A stretch of DNA of 52,841 bases, counting the filler, from Mitosporidium daphniae (taxonomy: Eukaryota), in the NCBI RefSeq assembly GCF_000760515.2. It is 2 parts of 2 records of this genome, joined end to end, with 100 filler letters (N's around TTAATTAATTAA, not from the genome) between each part and the next. Parts side by side here need not be neighbours in the genome. Positions count along the whole stretch, not along the records: positions 1 to 26,444 come from NW_013546155.1; 1 more part is not named here. One strand, given 5' to 3'. The notes below the pieces were generated by a model. That model was not told the origin of the DNA, did not search any database, and saw only the letters and a list, made by a program, of their open reading frames with translations. Below are positions 11,216-21,834 of this stretch, in pieces (the stretch's first letter is position 1; every line of letters begins with the position of its first letter). The position numbers and the translations under genes are program-made.

Positions 11216-13895
11216 ATGATGATGATCCCTGCACCCACTGACCGGGACAACTCTCATTTTCTTTCTACTGCCATTGGACGTCGGGTTCCACTTGCTAAGC
11301 GAACGCCAACGCGACAGCGCCAAGCGCCAAGTGCTCTTATCAATGGCGCTGACTTGAGCTTCCTGGACGACGCTTCTTCAATTACCTCCATCGCTATGGG
11401 AGATGTGGATATGCCACCGCAGTTAACGACAGTTCCATTGCCATTTGCCGAAAAAAATATGGAAAGTGCACTGCTTTCTGACGAAGCCGAGATTTCGCTG
11501 ATCCTACCATCAGGCACAACTCCAGAGCAACCCATAACCGCTAATGGTGGCCTTCTCAAGGAGCAGGACCGGGCACTAGATGCTTCAAAGCGCGAAATTT
11601 TTGCCTTGAAGCTCAAGATCTATCACTTGGAAGAGCGATTACGTCGCTTTGCTCAGCCTGCGGAACCTTTGCACCAACAGCTTGAAACACAGAACCAAAA
11701 ACTAGATGCCCAAAGTCAAGAACTAGCTGCCCTCACTCGTCGGAACGAGTCATTGGCGATGGAAAATTCAGCACTAACCCATGAAAACTTGACGCTTACC
11801 CAAAAATTTTCTACTCTGGCTCAGGAAAGATCCGCCCTTGCCCAAGAAAAGTCGATGTTGACCAAAGAACACTCAATATTATCCAAAGAAGGGTCAAAGC
11901 TGGCAGCTGAAGGAGAAACAGCAATTCGGGCACGGGATACGGCGTTGGCAGCCTTAGAGGCAGAGCGCATTGCACATAAAGAGGCCGCTCAGCGCAACAA
12001 CCACGAAATAGAGCAACTTCGCACAGAAGTGTCCGTCCGTACGCGTGAGGCACAACATCAGCGCTTTCTAGCACAAGCAGAGATTGAGGAACTGTTGGGG
12101 AGAGCAAACGGAGCTGAGCTCAAAGCTGCCGCACTAGAACGCACGCTGGCTGAGCAACGACATGAAGCCCAGCAATTGCTGGAACGGGCCGCCGAGAAAA
12201 ATAATGCTCAAGAGGCTGAGGTCTCTCGTCTTCGTACCCAGTTACAACAGCTTTCCACCGGCCAGCAACAGGAGCTCGCCCATCTTTCTGCAGAGCTTGA
12301 AGAAGAGCGTTCTCAACGCGCGCGAACGATCGAAGAGGCGGTTAATTCACATCCAAATGTTCGACGCCAACTGAGGACTCTAGAGATAGAGCTTCAGCGC
12401 ACAAGTGGCGAGTTGGACTTCACGCGGGCACAGCTGGACCGTACTCGTACAGAGCTGCAACAGACCATTCTGGCGCATCAGCAAGAACTTACCAACGAAA
12501 AAGAAACATTGCGATCTGAGAGAGACGCCCTTCGAATGGCACAAGAATCTTTACGTGCAGAACGAGAGGTGATATGTATCCAGCGTGATGCATTTACTTC
12601 AGACAAAAGTTGCGATCGCAATCTTCTTGAGAAGCAACTTAGTGAAGCCACTCGCGCACTTGGTGATGCAGCTCGTTCTTACGCGCAAAGCGAAAGGGTT
12701 CGCGAGGAGGCATTGCGTGAACGTCGTATCGCTGAGGCTGAGGTCCAGCGTCTTAGTTCCGAATTGCACGCCATTCGTGAAGAAGCGTCGCATTTTCTGG
12801 GTGCATATTCGCGTGAGCGCTCTACAGAAAGCGCAGCTACGGCCGCCTTGACTGCTGAGCGCGACTCATTACGCGAAGAGCTTCAGGCGCTGCGCCACAG
12901 GACAGAGGCAGAAACCGCTTCATTGACTCGCTTCAAGGCAGAAACGGAAGCCGAACGTGCAAGATTGCAGAGCGGTTTTTCTGCTCAGTTGACACGATCC
13001 ATGGAAAAGCTGCGCGATTGTGAACTGGAGCTTTTGCGTGAGCGCGCGACTATTGAACGCTATGAGCGTACCATGGCCCAGGAACGCGAGCGTTTCGCCG
13101 CAGAATTACGCGCACTCCGTGCTGCCCTGGATTCCCAAGCTAAAAGTGGTGAGGATCGCCACAATCCAGCTGCTGATCACAATGGTACCACGGACTCCAG
13201 TCTTGGACCCGTCATTGATGCCATAGTTGCGGGGCTCTCACAGCGCCTGGGTGGTACCGCCATTCATGGAGAGACGGCTGTAAGCGCTGGAACTGCGGCT
13301 CACCTTGATCACTTACAGGTAGGGATTGGGATCGGCTCATTTTTAGGAAGCGCTTAAACTTGTGCGTAGCGAGAACCTCGAGCTAATGGAGCGACTCCGC
13401 GCAGCAGACCTTGCGCTCGCAGACCAGCGCATGGTGGCCAATCGTGAGCACGTCCAACTTGAAGAACTGATACTGGAGAAGCAACGGTTACAAGCACAAT
13501 TTGAAGCCCAAAAAAGCCTTCAAGTAGACCCGCCAAAACATGCATCGAATTCGCAGCTGGAGATGCAACTAGAGGCTGCCGATGCTCGTATACAGACTCT
13601 TTCACTCAAGGTGAGTCTTTTTTTTCATCTCTAGGTCGAGCAGCAAACGCGCACTATTCAGAGGCGAGAAGACCTTATTCGCAAAGCTATTTCCCGCATC
13701 GAACGGTTGCAGGCAAAACGGGAAGCTTTGGCGCACCAACTTGCGCTCTTTTTTAAAGGGGCACCAATAAAGTCATTGGGGGCCCGCCGAAACCAGCATA
13801 CCATCCCTCGTGAAGGCCATTCATTTTTAGCTCGTGAGGGTCGTTCCTTTGCCACTCTGGCACAGGGTGCCCTCGCCCGCAGCCGCCGTCTCTAG
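11216..13895 (+). CDS. CM1 (centrosomin motif 1) coiled-coil gamma-tubulin complex receptor, Mto1/Pcp1-like
   Basis: LKEQDRALDASKREIFALKLKIYHLEERL matches CM1; long coiled coil; introns 13319-13346 (28 nt) and 13611-13634 (24 nt). Confidence 0.8.
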
Positions 13896-14082
13896 AGCCT
13901 CAATAAATGGCGCTTTGTATTTACAAGTTTTATTTGCCTGGTTGCTGATATTCGTCCCATTAGATGAGAGTATTCGCAATTGTAACCTGCTATCTTAACC
14001 CTAATTTACCGACATCGACCCACGGCCAGTCATAAAATCTGCAGTACGAATTAAAATAGCCACAAACCCTAGCTGAGATTAA

Positions 14083-15185
14083 ATGATTGCCACTGACGAG
14101 AGCGCGCCACGATCCCGATTTGCGCGCGTGACAAATCGGCTGCTTGTCCGCAGCACCATAGTTCAGCAGAAAACATGGGCTTACAGACCGTATCTTTCGT
14201 TTCGTCTTTTCTTGCTATTGACTTTTGGTGCTGCAGCATCGCTGCTCATACCTGCTATTTTGCTCTGGATAGAACAGTCTATGGTACTACTTTGTAGTAA
14301 TTTCAGGTTTTCGAGGCAGAGCTTCGGTATACAGGATGCGGGAGCAGCTCTGAGGCTCCGGCTCCCGGAACATCACGATGCCCGACATGCAAGCTGCAGT
14401 TGCCGCTGCCGCAGGACCACCGCCGCCTCTTTCTTTATTATCGGCTAACAAACTACTACCAAAGCTCGGTACAATACGTCACCAGTATTGATCGCTCCCA
14501 GCTTCAAGGCGCTGCCCTGGGTGTCTCCGATCTTGGTGACTGCAGCCCAATAATCAAGGAAGGTAGCGTTCCATTTTATCCTTGCGGACTGATTTCGGAC
14601 TCGCGCTTCAATGACACATTTGCTGCCGATGGTCTCCCGACTGGGGTCTCTTTCACTCAAAGTGGTATTGCCTGGCCATCGGATGTAGATGCGCTCTACA
14701 GAGCCACGGCATATGGAGCAAATGCTACCCTCCCACCGCCCTCCTGGGCTCAGGCTCAAGGTAATTTATGGCCGCCATCGCCAGATTGGATCACTGGCGA
14801 TGAGCATCTGATGAATTGGATGCGTGTCTCTGCATTTCCAACTTTTCTCAAGCTTTATGGGATCATCAACGGACTTGGTGGGGATAACAGTAACCCATCC
14901 GAATTGACGCTTCTCGTTTCAGACTGCTTCCCGATTGGTAGCGCTTTTGGCGGTACAAAATCGATTTTCATCTCGTCGCAGTCGTTTTTTATCGGCGGAA
15001 AGATTTTGGCATTACCTATAATTTTTACCGCTTCTGGGACGGTTCTTCTTCTGACAGCCCTCATTATTCTGCTGCTTCATAAAAAGCGAAATCGCATGGC
15101 GACCGAGTTCGATGCATACCCCGGGGCCGCCGCAGAAACGGAAATGTTTCAAATGCTCCAGCGCATGCAAGAAGAGTCGATGTAA
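14083..15185 (+). CDS. CDC50: Cdc50/Lem3 flippase beta subunit
   Basis: QQK..A.RP, FLYYRLTNYYQ, YPCGLI..S.FNDTF, NWMRVSAFPTF.KLY, two TM segments; 23-nt intron 14284-14306. Confidence 0.93.
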
Positions 15186-15276
15186 AGCAACACCCTGTAC
15201 AGTATGAATGAATGTCAAAAGTAAACGTCCAGTGTTATTTATTGGCTGGAGAGTTGTTATCTATACGCCTTGTCAG

Positions 15277-18200
15277 TCAGGCCTCGCCTGGATCTCCGCC
15301 GAGTAAAGCGGCAACATGCTGATACTCGGCTTGGCCAAGTTCCCTGACGAGCTGGGTGAAAAGAGAGTCTGGATTTTTAAACAGCGAGCGAGGCGTGTCC
15401 AGTTCCGCAATGAACCCATCTTGCAGCACCATGATCCGATCGTAATCCAGGATGGAGAGCAGCCGATGTGCAATTGTGATCACGGTAACAGGATGCTCAA
15501 TGATATCAAATGGAGAAAGGTTAGGGTTCGATTGGTCTATGCGTGCCAAAGTTGGAACCGAAACACGGCGGATGGTCTCCTGGATGAGCGTATCGAGAGC
15601 CTTGTCAACATTGGAGGTTGCCTCATCCAGCACCAAAATGCGCGAGTTTTTAAGTAGTGCCCGGGTAAGGCAAAGTAACTGAGACTGTCCCTGCGATAGC
15701 ATTGCCGAGCCCTCTCTGAGTATGGTGTCCAGACTGGGTGGCACCAGTGTTGCTCGCAAATGAGGACCAATGGCACATGCCTCTAGCATCGCCCATATCC
15801 GTTCATCGGAATAGCAGTTTAGTGGATCGAGATTGAAACGCAAGGTGCGTCCATAGAAGATCACCGGATCTTGGGGAATAATGGCTAAGCGTTGGCGAAT
15901 CATGGAGCCTGGAATGCACGAGATGTCAACGTTATCAATCTTAATACAGCCTTCCGAAACCGGTATTAGTCCAAAGAGGGCCTGCACTAGTGTACTTTTT
16001 CCAGACCCTGTGCGGCCGATGATGGCCAGGCGTTCGCCAGGCCTCACTTCAAAGTTAATGTCACAAAGCACAGGACGTCCGCCGTCCGGAAGATATGAGA
16101 GCGTGACATTTGAAAACTCAACGGCGCCTTCATATGGCCAGTGATCATTTTGAAACAGCGGGGATGAATGTGGCTGAACGGCATTTTTATGAAGGACAAA
16201 TGAAGTGGCCCCGAAGGATAAACCTGGGGGCAAGGTGGTTGGAAGTGGATATGATGGCATCTCTTTGACGGAAGCTCTAGATTCATCCCCAAGCTCATAG
16301 AGACGTCTGAAACTGCACAGGGCGATTTCGAGATCGGCAAATGAAACTATAGAAGTGTATAATGACTTGGCCAGCATCATCAATTGATGTATGACAAGAC
16401 CGGCTAGGGCGGGTGAAATACCTTCATATACACAGAAAAACGTCGTTGCAGCCACGCTTAAATTTGCTACAAGCTCAAAGCGGAGTGACGCCCACGACCT
16501 CAACGAGGCCAAAAGAAGCGTCGGCGCAACTAGCCAGTCACTTGCAGCAAAATTTTTCTCCATGAAAAGCTCCTGTACGGATGGCAAACCCATATTGAGC
16601 GGCATAATTACTTTTGGACACATCAAGGCTTGTATGTCTAGTTGATTGTCCTTGCTTGGGAAACTTCGGGAACGGATGAGCGGGAGACCGCCCAAAGTAT
16701 CTCGAACCTGCCCCAAATATGCTGAACGGGCATGCGAGCACAGGCGCTCCAAGTCCAGCATTGGTCGGTGGTAGAGACGCAAAAGCGTCCAGTTAGCCAG
16801 CAACAAAAAGACAGGCAGAAAAAACGCCATCCATGGAGACATGGTAAATGCCACCAATACCAGAACAGAAAACACAGCGCAAGCCTTTCCTAAAAGATCA
16901 CGCCCCGCATCGAGGATGTCAAAATCTGAACATTCAGTATCTTTGGTAAGCCGGTTCATCAAAAACCCGAATGGGAATTTGTCGATGAACGCGAGAGGAG
17001 TCATCATAAGAATGCCTGAAAAAGCGTCGCGGTATGTGGAACGAGCCGCATTCCAAGCACCTACTGACACCAAAAGGGTAAAGAAAGCTGTTGAAGTGAC
17101 AAAGGCAAATGCCATCGCCCAGATCATCCATCTATCCTTAAGACTGCTTTCGCCAATCTGAGCAAGCATTCTCTCTGTGGAAATTCTGGAGAAATTTACC
17201 AGCACTAAGAAGAAAAGGGTCAATACAAATAGAACCCATCCAAAACGATCGAGAAAGCGTACATAAATTGACAGGGGAAGTGAACTAATAGAGGGAATTT
17301 TCTCTTCGTCAAATTCACTTTTATCTTCTTTTAGGGGGAAACGGTGCCCTTTTCGTGGGCCTTCTTCAAAGGTTTCAAGCTCTCGGAGCTCATCAGCAAA
17401 AATGGACTCCGTTTCTTGGATTGGGGCCTCCATGAAGGGTTCTTTAGGTGTTTCCGGGTCTTGCGGCCGGCAAGTAATCGACTCAAGAGAGTGGATTGTT
17501 TTCATCGAGCTGATTGCGAATGATGTATGCGGGCAATCGGTTGAAATTCTTGCTGTATTTCCCGCTTGAGGCTGCTGGATATTTTCGTTGGCCAAAAGTA
17601 AAGGAATTCTATTGGGCATCCTCTCTGCATGAGAAGCGAACCATTCTTCTGGCGGACCCTGCCACTTGATGCGCCCTTTATCCATGCAGACGATCCAGTC
17701 ACAGCTATCCGGCCTAATTAGGTGAAGCGCATGCGTAGAAATTATCTTTGTCTTCCCATTATTAAGCGTGGAGCTCTTAACAATGGCATTTTCCCAGACA
17801 ATTTTGGCCACTTTAGCGTCCAGTGCAGAGACGGGATCATCCAGTAGCAAGATCTCTGCATTTGAATATAGAGCCCTTGCAAGTGAAATCCTTTGCCGCT
17901 GACCGCCAGAAAGGGCAGATGTGGCCCCTCCAATCTCAACCAGGTCTCCCAATGGAAAGCTTTTAATGTCTTCGCGAAGCTGGCAAGCTGATAGGATGGC
18001 CCCGTAACGAGAGGAGTTGAATTTACACCCAAAAAGAATATTTTCTCTCAGAGAGCCATGGCTAATCCAGGGTTGCTGCGGAGAATATCCGAAAGTATTG
18101 CGGTCCATCAGTGATGGAGATATGTGAAGGCTTCCGCTGACAATGTTAATTTCGCCCAAAATAGCCTGAAGAAGAGATGATTTTCCAGAGCCAACAGGCC

Positions 18201-19728
18201 CAATCAGGATGACCGTGGCGCCAGTTGGAATTGAAAGTGTAATATCCCTCAACGAGGAGAGCGATTTCATAATTTTAGTGGAAATAAAAGGCTTTGAAGA
18301 CTCTTCATTTTTGACGCCACTCCAAGATGCCCAAAAATCTTTCAGCTCAATGGCTGTATCCATCTCTATTGGACCCATTGATGATGGGTGAAGCTCCTCC
18401 GAGCGTAGAAGCTCGGAGATTCGTTTTAAAGAAATTTTAGCATCAATCAGCCTGCTTAAAAACGGCGGAAATGTGCCCATCGCTGACCGAAGCTGACTAA
18501 ACATCGAAATAGCGGCGAAAATGGTTGATGTCGATAGCGTTGAAGCTGTCGGTGCGAGAAAAAGTGCCATTGCAAAAGCAACCAAAGATGCCATGATTGG
18601 CGTCGCATTCATGAGTGTAGTCAGCATGGCAATCAGTGAGTGTAGTGCCAGTTGTTCCGAAAGTTCTTTTGCGCGAAGGTCGTCTGCATATTTGCAGAAG
18701 GCATCCTCCCAGTCGTTAAGGACAACGACGCGGATACCTGTCAGCATCTGATCGACGAACCTGACTCTGCAATCAGTGGCGGAGATTGCTTGGATTCTCT
18801 TCTTTGCAAGCCGCTGGACAATTAAATATTGGATAGGAACACTGCCGATCATCATGGCAAGTCCGGCACCAGCCGCTGGACCCAGTATCCAAAACAAAAG
18901 CCCAGAAATGATGAGTATTTGAAGCGGACCTAACCAAGCCACATGAATATGATCAACAGCAACATCAATTCGACTGACATCGCTAGTGATGAGGGTGAAT
19001 ATCCGCCCATTGGTATGGGAAGATCTGGTATGTGGGGCAAGCCGGAAAATCTTGCGATAAATTGCTGCGCTAAGCGCAGCTTGCACAGAAGTTCCGGTGT
19101 ACCTCAATATTTCTGCCGAGCGTTTGCTCGAATACGAGCTGAAAGAGGAAAGGATGAAAATAGAAACGCCCAAAGCATAAGCCAAATGGCGAGAATCGAT
19201 GGAAAAAGCCAAAACTACAAATTGAGTATTTCCGCTGAGCGCATTTAAAAAGTAAAAAAGCAGCAATGGAATAATTAACAAAGAAACTTCTGAGATGGCT
19301 TTGAAAATGCCACTGAAAACCAAATCTCGGTACACCATTTTACCGAGACAAATGAAAATATATTTAGCCGAAATAACCGAATCGTCTTGAAAGCCTTTTG
19401 TAGGCATAGTTTCACCTAAAGGGACTTTCACCGGCTGAAATCGGGACTTTTGGAGCCTCAACCAGGAATCTTTCGAAGTAAATGGATGAGGAATGTCCCC
19501 TATGTCGGATTCCAAAAGATTGCGGTTAATTTTGCTCAGAGGAAGCACCGCCTTTTCCTTTTTGTTGCGCAGGGCCTGTTTTTTGTACAGCCTCCTTCTA
19601 TCTAGACTGATGACCAGCAGAGGTTTTAGCCAGGAGTAATGGAATTGAGACCATAGACTTGCATTCTTCCTCTGGACCAAAGGTCCCCGCAAGGCCTCCG
19701 ATTTGTCTTTGGGAAAATCTTTTGCCAT
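15277..19728 (-). CDS. ABCC/MRP-type full ABC transporter (Yor1/Ycf1-like)
   Basis: TMD-NBD-TMD-NBD layout; GPVGSGKS/LSGGQ/LLLDD and GRTGSGKS/LSQGQ/LVLDEA motifs. Confidence 0.95.
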   Translation of the reverse strand: MAKDFPKDKSEALRGPLVQRKNASLWSQFHYSWLKPLLVISLDRRRLYKKQALRNKKEKAVLPLSKINRNLLESDIGDIPHPFTSKDSWLRLQKSRFQPVKVPLGETMPTKGFQDDSVISAKYIFICLGKMVYRDLVFSGIFKAISEVSLLIIPLLLFYFLNALSGNTQFVVLAFSIDSRHLAYALGVSIFILSSFSSYSSKRSAEILRYTGTSVQAALSAAIYRKIFRLAPHTRSSHTNGRIFTLITSDVSRIDVAVDHIHVAWLGPLQILIISGLLFWILGPAAGAGLAMMIGSVPIQYLIVQRLAKKRIQAISATDCRVRFVDQMLTGIRVVVLNDWEDAFCKYADDLRAKELSEQLALHSLIAMLTTLMNATPIMASLVAFAMALFLAPTASTLSTSTIFAAISMFSQLRSAMGTFPPFLSRLIDAKISLKRISELLRSEELHPSSMGPIEMDTAIELKDFWASWSGVKNEESSKPFISTKIMKSLSSLRDITLSIPTGATVILIGPVGSGKSSLLQAILGEINIVSGSLHISPSLMDRNTFGYSPQQPWISHGSLRENILFGCKFNSSRYGAILSACQLREDIKSFPLGDLVEIGGATSALSGGQRQRISLARALYSNAEILLLDDPVSALDAKVAKIVWENAIVKSSTLNNGKTKIISTHALHLIRPDSCDWIVCMDKGRIKWQGPPEEWFASHAERMPNRIPLLLANENIQQPQAGNTARISTDCPHTSFAISSMKTIHSLESITCRPQDPETPKEPFMEAPIQETESIFADELRELETFEEGPRKGHRFPLKEDKSEFDEEKIPSISSLPLSIYVRFLDRFGWVLFVLTLFFLVLVNFSRISTERMLAQIGESSLKDRWMIWAMAFAFVTSTAFFTLLVSVGAWNAARSTYRDAFSGILMMTPLAFIDKFPFGFLMNRLTKDTECSDFDILDAGRDLLGKACAVFSVLVLVAFTMSPWMAFFLPVFLLLANWTLLRLYHRPMLDLERLCSHARSAYLGQVRDTLGGLPLIRSRSFPSKDNQLDIQALMCPKVIMPLNMGLPSVQELFMEKNFAASDWLVAPTLLLASLRSWASLRFELVANLSVAATTFFCVYEGISPALAGLVIHQLMMLAKSLYTSIVSFADLEIALCSFRRLYELGDESRASVKEMPSYPLPTTLPPGLSFGATSFVLHKNAVQPHSSPLFQNDHWPYEGAVEFSNVTLSYLPDGGRPVLCDINFEVRPGERLAIIGRTGSGKSTLVQALFGLIPVSEGCIKIDNVDISCIPGSMIRQRLAIIPQDPVIFYGRTLRFNLDPLNCYSDERIWAMLEACAIGPHLRATLVPPSLDTILREGSAMLSQGQSQLLCLTRALLKNSRILVLDEATSNVDKALDTLIQETIRRVSVPTLARIDQSNPNLSPFDIIEHPVTVITIAHRLLSILDYDRIMVLQDGFIAELDTPRSLFKNPDSLFTQLVRELGQAEYQHVAALLGGDPGEA

Positions 19729-19836
19729 TCAACAAAAAAATTTCGATTTGCCAATCGGTAGCTTGTTATCTAATTCGGCATAATAAGCATTGGTTCAGCC
19801 AATAAAATAGCTTAAATTTTAATTAAATTTGGCATA

Positions 19837-20390
19837 TTAGTCAGATGAACGATTAAGGGCAATTTTTCTTTGAAGCTCTCCAATGATAACTGTAAAATTT
19901 ACAAAAATATTAATACCCGAGTGCATGTCTTGCTTGGCAGACAAATTCTGGATGATCGAATTTAGCTGTTCTTGTAAAAAGGACTCCTTGCGTTTATAAA
20001 ACTCTTTGGCTGAAGAGATGGACTAAAGCTGGGAGGATACAGCAAAAAATACCTTTTCGACATAATAGCCGGCACCAATATCTACGGTGGCCCTGCTGAT
20101 GTCGGAAAGGTTTCCAGGGACATAAACAGAGCTGGAAAGTGGGACAAGGATTTCCCCGCCCTGTGCTTCCGAACCAAGCTCATCCAAGCTCTGTCTGCAG
20201 GAGGCAAATCTATCAAGGGCGATTTTTAGACTATCATACGAGGCTTGAAATAGATCCACTTCCTAAAATGAGAGGCAGAAAAAACCTTTTCCAGTTGCTC
20301 CCGAAGCTGGTTAAGCTGTGCTGGTAATAGCTGAGATATCGAAACCGGGGAAGCTGATCCAGGCGGACCAGAAACCTTGGGGGATGACAT
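19837..20390 (-). CDS. GIM5: Prefoldin subunit 5 (alpha type)
   Basis: EILVPLSSSVYVPG and VDIGAGYYVEK motifs; introns 20263-20285, 20023-20052, 19890-19916. Confidence 0.92.
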
Positions 20391-20499
20391 AAACTTTGTA
20401 AAATAGTTTCCCGAATCATTAAACTTGAGTGCCAATTAAATTTTGCCTCAAATCCAACCGAACCGAGCCAGAGTAAACCAAAACGAAACGAAAAGGGAT

Positions 20500-20942
20500 T
20501 TATTTATCACAGGTAATCATGGCCTGAATACGGGGAATGGCTTTTGCAAGAGCATTAAATTGATCGAGGCTCAAGGAAATACCTAACATTGAAGATATGC
20601 CAATACCCTTCCTTCCTGGCTTGGTCTCTCCAAGAGAGTCTGAGTAGTATTCACGGATATCTACTTGAGGCTTTCCCTTCCAGGAGCGCAGGGAGATCCG
20701 TCTTTGTGGGGAGATCTTAAATAAACGAATACTGTTACTTCGACATAAAAAGAGCCATCTTCGTCCTTTTTTACCTAAAAGGGAAATAGAATTGAAAATA
20801 CCATTTCGTCTGCACAATTCAGTTTATTAGAAGAAGTGACGATGTTTTGGGGACAATCCTCTTGGATATCTTTTTCCGCTGCCTGGACATGCTTTTCGGC
20901 GGCTTGGACTTGTGTATCCCCAGACGGGCAATGTCGCTTCAT
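20500..20942 (-). CDS. SUB1: PC4/Sub1 ssDNA-binding transcriptional coactivator
   Basis: RRISLRSWKGK..VDIREYY and PGRKGISLS.DQF after removing introns 20775-20801, 20716-20738, 20583-20606. Confidence 0.9.
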
Positions 20943-20987
20943 ATTTAAAAATAGAAAATTTTTATTGAAATTTTTATTTATCCACCG

Positions 20988-21391
20988 ATGGGTCCGTGTG
21001 AACCTACTGGCACAATCGGACCCAATTCAACGCTTTCCCAGCACGCAAATTTTGTTGCAAACTCGCTCCATCGATTCGCAGTTCTGACAGAGAAATATTT
21101 GGACGTCTTAACCTCACCCACTCCCCCCAATCATGACGGCGATACCGAGTTCAAGGTGATTCTTGAAGAATTGGTTTCCTTGGACCAAAGCATTTCAGAA
21201 AAAATCGACGAGCGTAAGGATAACCTCATATCTAATGGGTAGTCAATTCCTTCCTGGCAACCAATGACCGGATTTCTGCAATCTCATTCGACCTGGATCT
21301 GATTTCCTCAAAAATCCTATCAATCGAGTCCTTTGTGTTTGAAATGGAAGAGGAGTTTCAAAAGACATTATTTGTCGATGTAGGCAGGTGA
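20988..21391 (+). CDS. Small helical protein, possibly Mediator Med4-like
   Basis: Two exons joined by 29-nt intron 21214-21242; ELVSLDQSI and heptad pattern loosely resemble the Med4 N-terminal coiled coil. Family call is weak. Confidence 0.45.
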
Positions 21392-21394
21392 GCA

Positions 21395-21444
21395 TCGCCT
21401 CGCCTCGCCTCACATCACCTCACATCATATCATATCACATCGAT
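21395..21444. repeat. Degenerate pentanucleotide microsatellite (TCRNN, 10 units)
   Basis: (TCGCC)3 TCACA TCACC TCACA (TCATA)2 TCACA TCGAT. Confidence 0.8.
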
Positions 21445-21834
21445 TGCATCACAAAGCATTTGCTGCACAAATCTGTGAAATTTAAGCCTTTAAATTTTGC
21501 GATTGCCAAATTGTAATTTGGTCGCCATTTAATTGGCACTGAATCGTCGTTGGCCATGGCAATGATAATAAATTGCATGCTAGCGAAATGTACACATTTA
21601 GAAACAACTCTAAATTGGCGAATCCACATTTTAAAATGATGCCCATTTTGCTTTTAATTTAAAAATCGTACCCAGTCCCCCTATTGATTGCAATGCAAAT
21701 TACTTTGCACTTTCCCTCCAAAATCCGGCATATAAGATGGTGCATTAATCACTATTTTCTAGCAAGTGATCATCTCGGCTCGTTTTCCCACCCTTTTGGT
21801 ATGGCGCTTTTCTTACCGCTTAGACTGATAACAT

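Noticed and set aside
19565..19576. TTGCGCAGGGCC resembling the U4 5' end complementary to U6
   Set aside because: Lies inside the ABC transporter CDS with no other U4 features.
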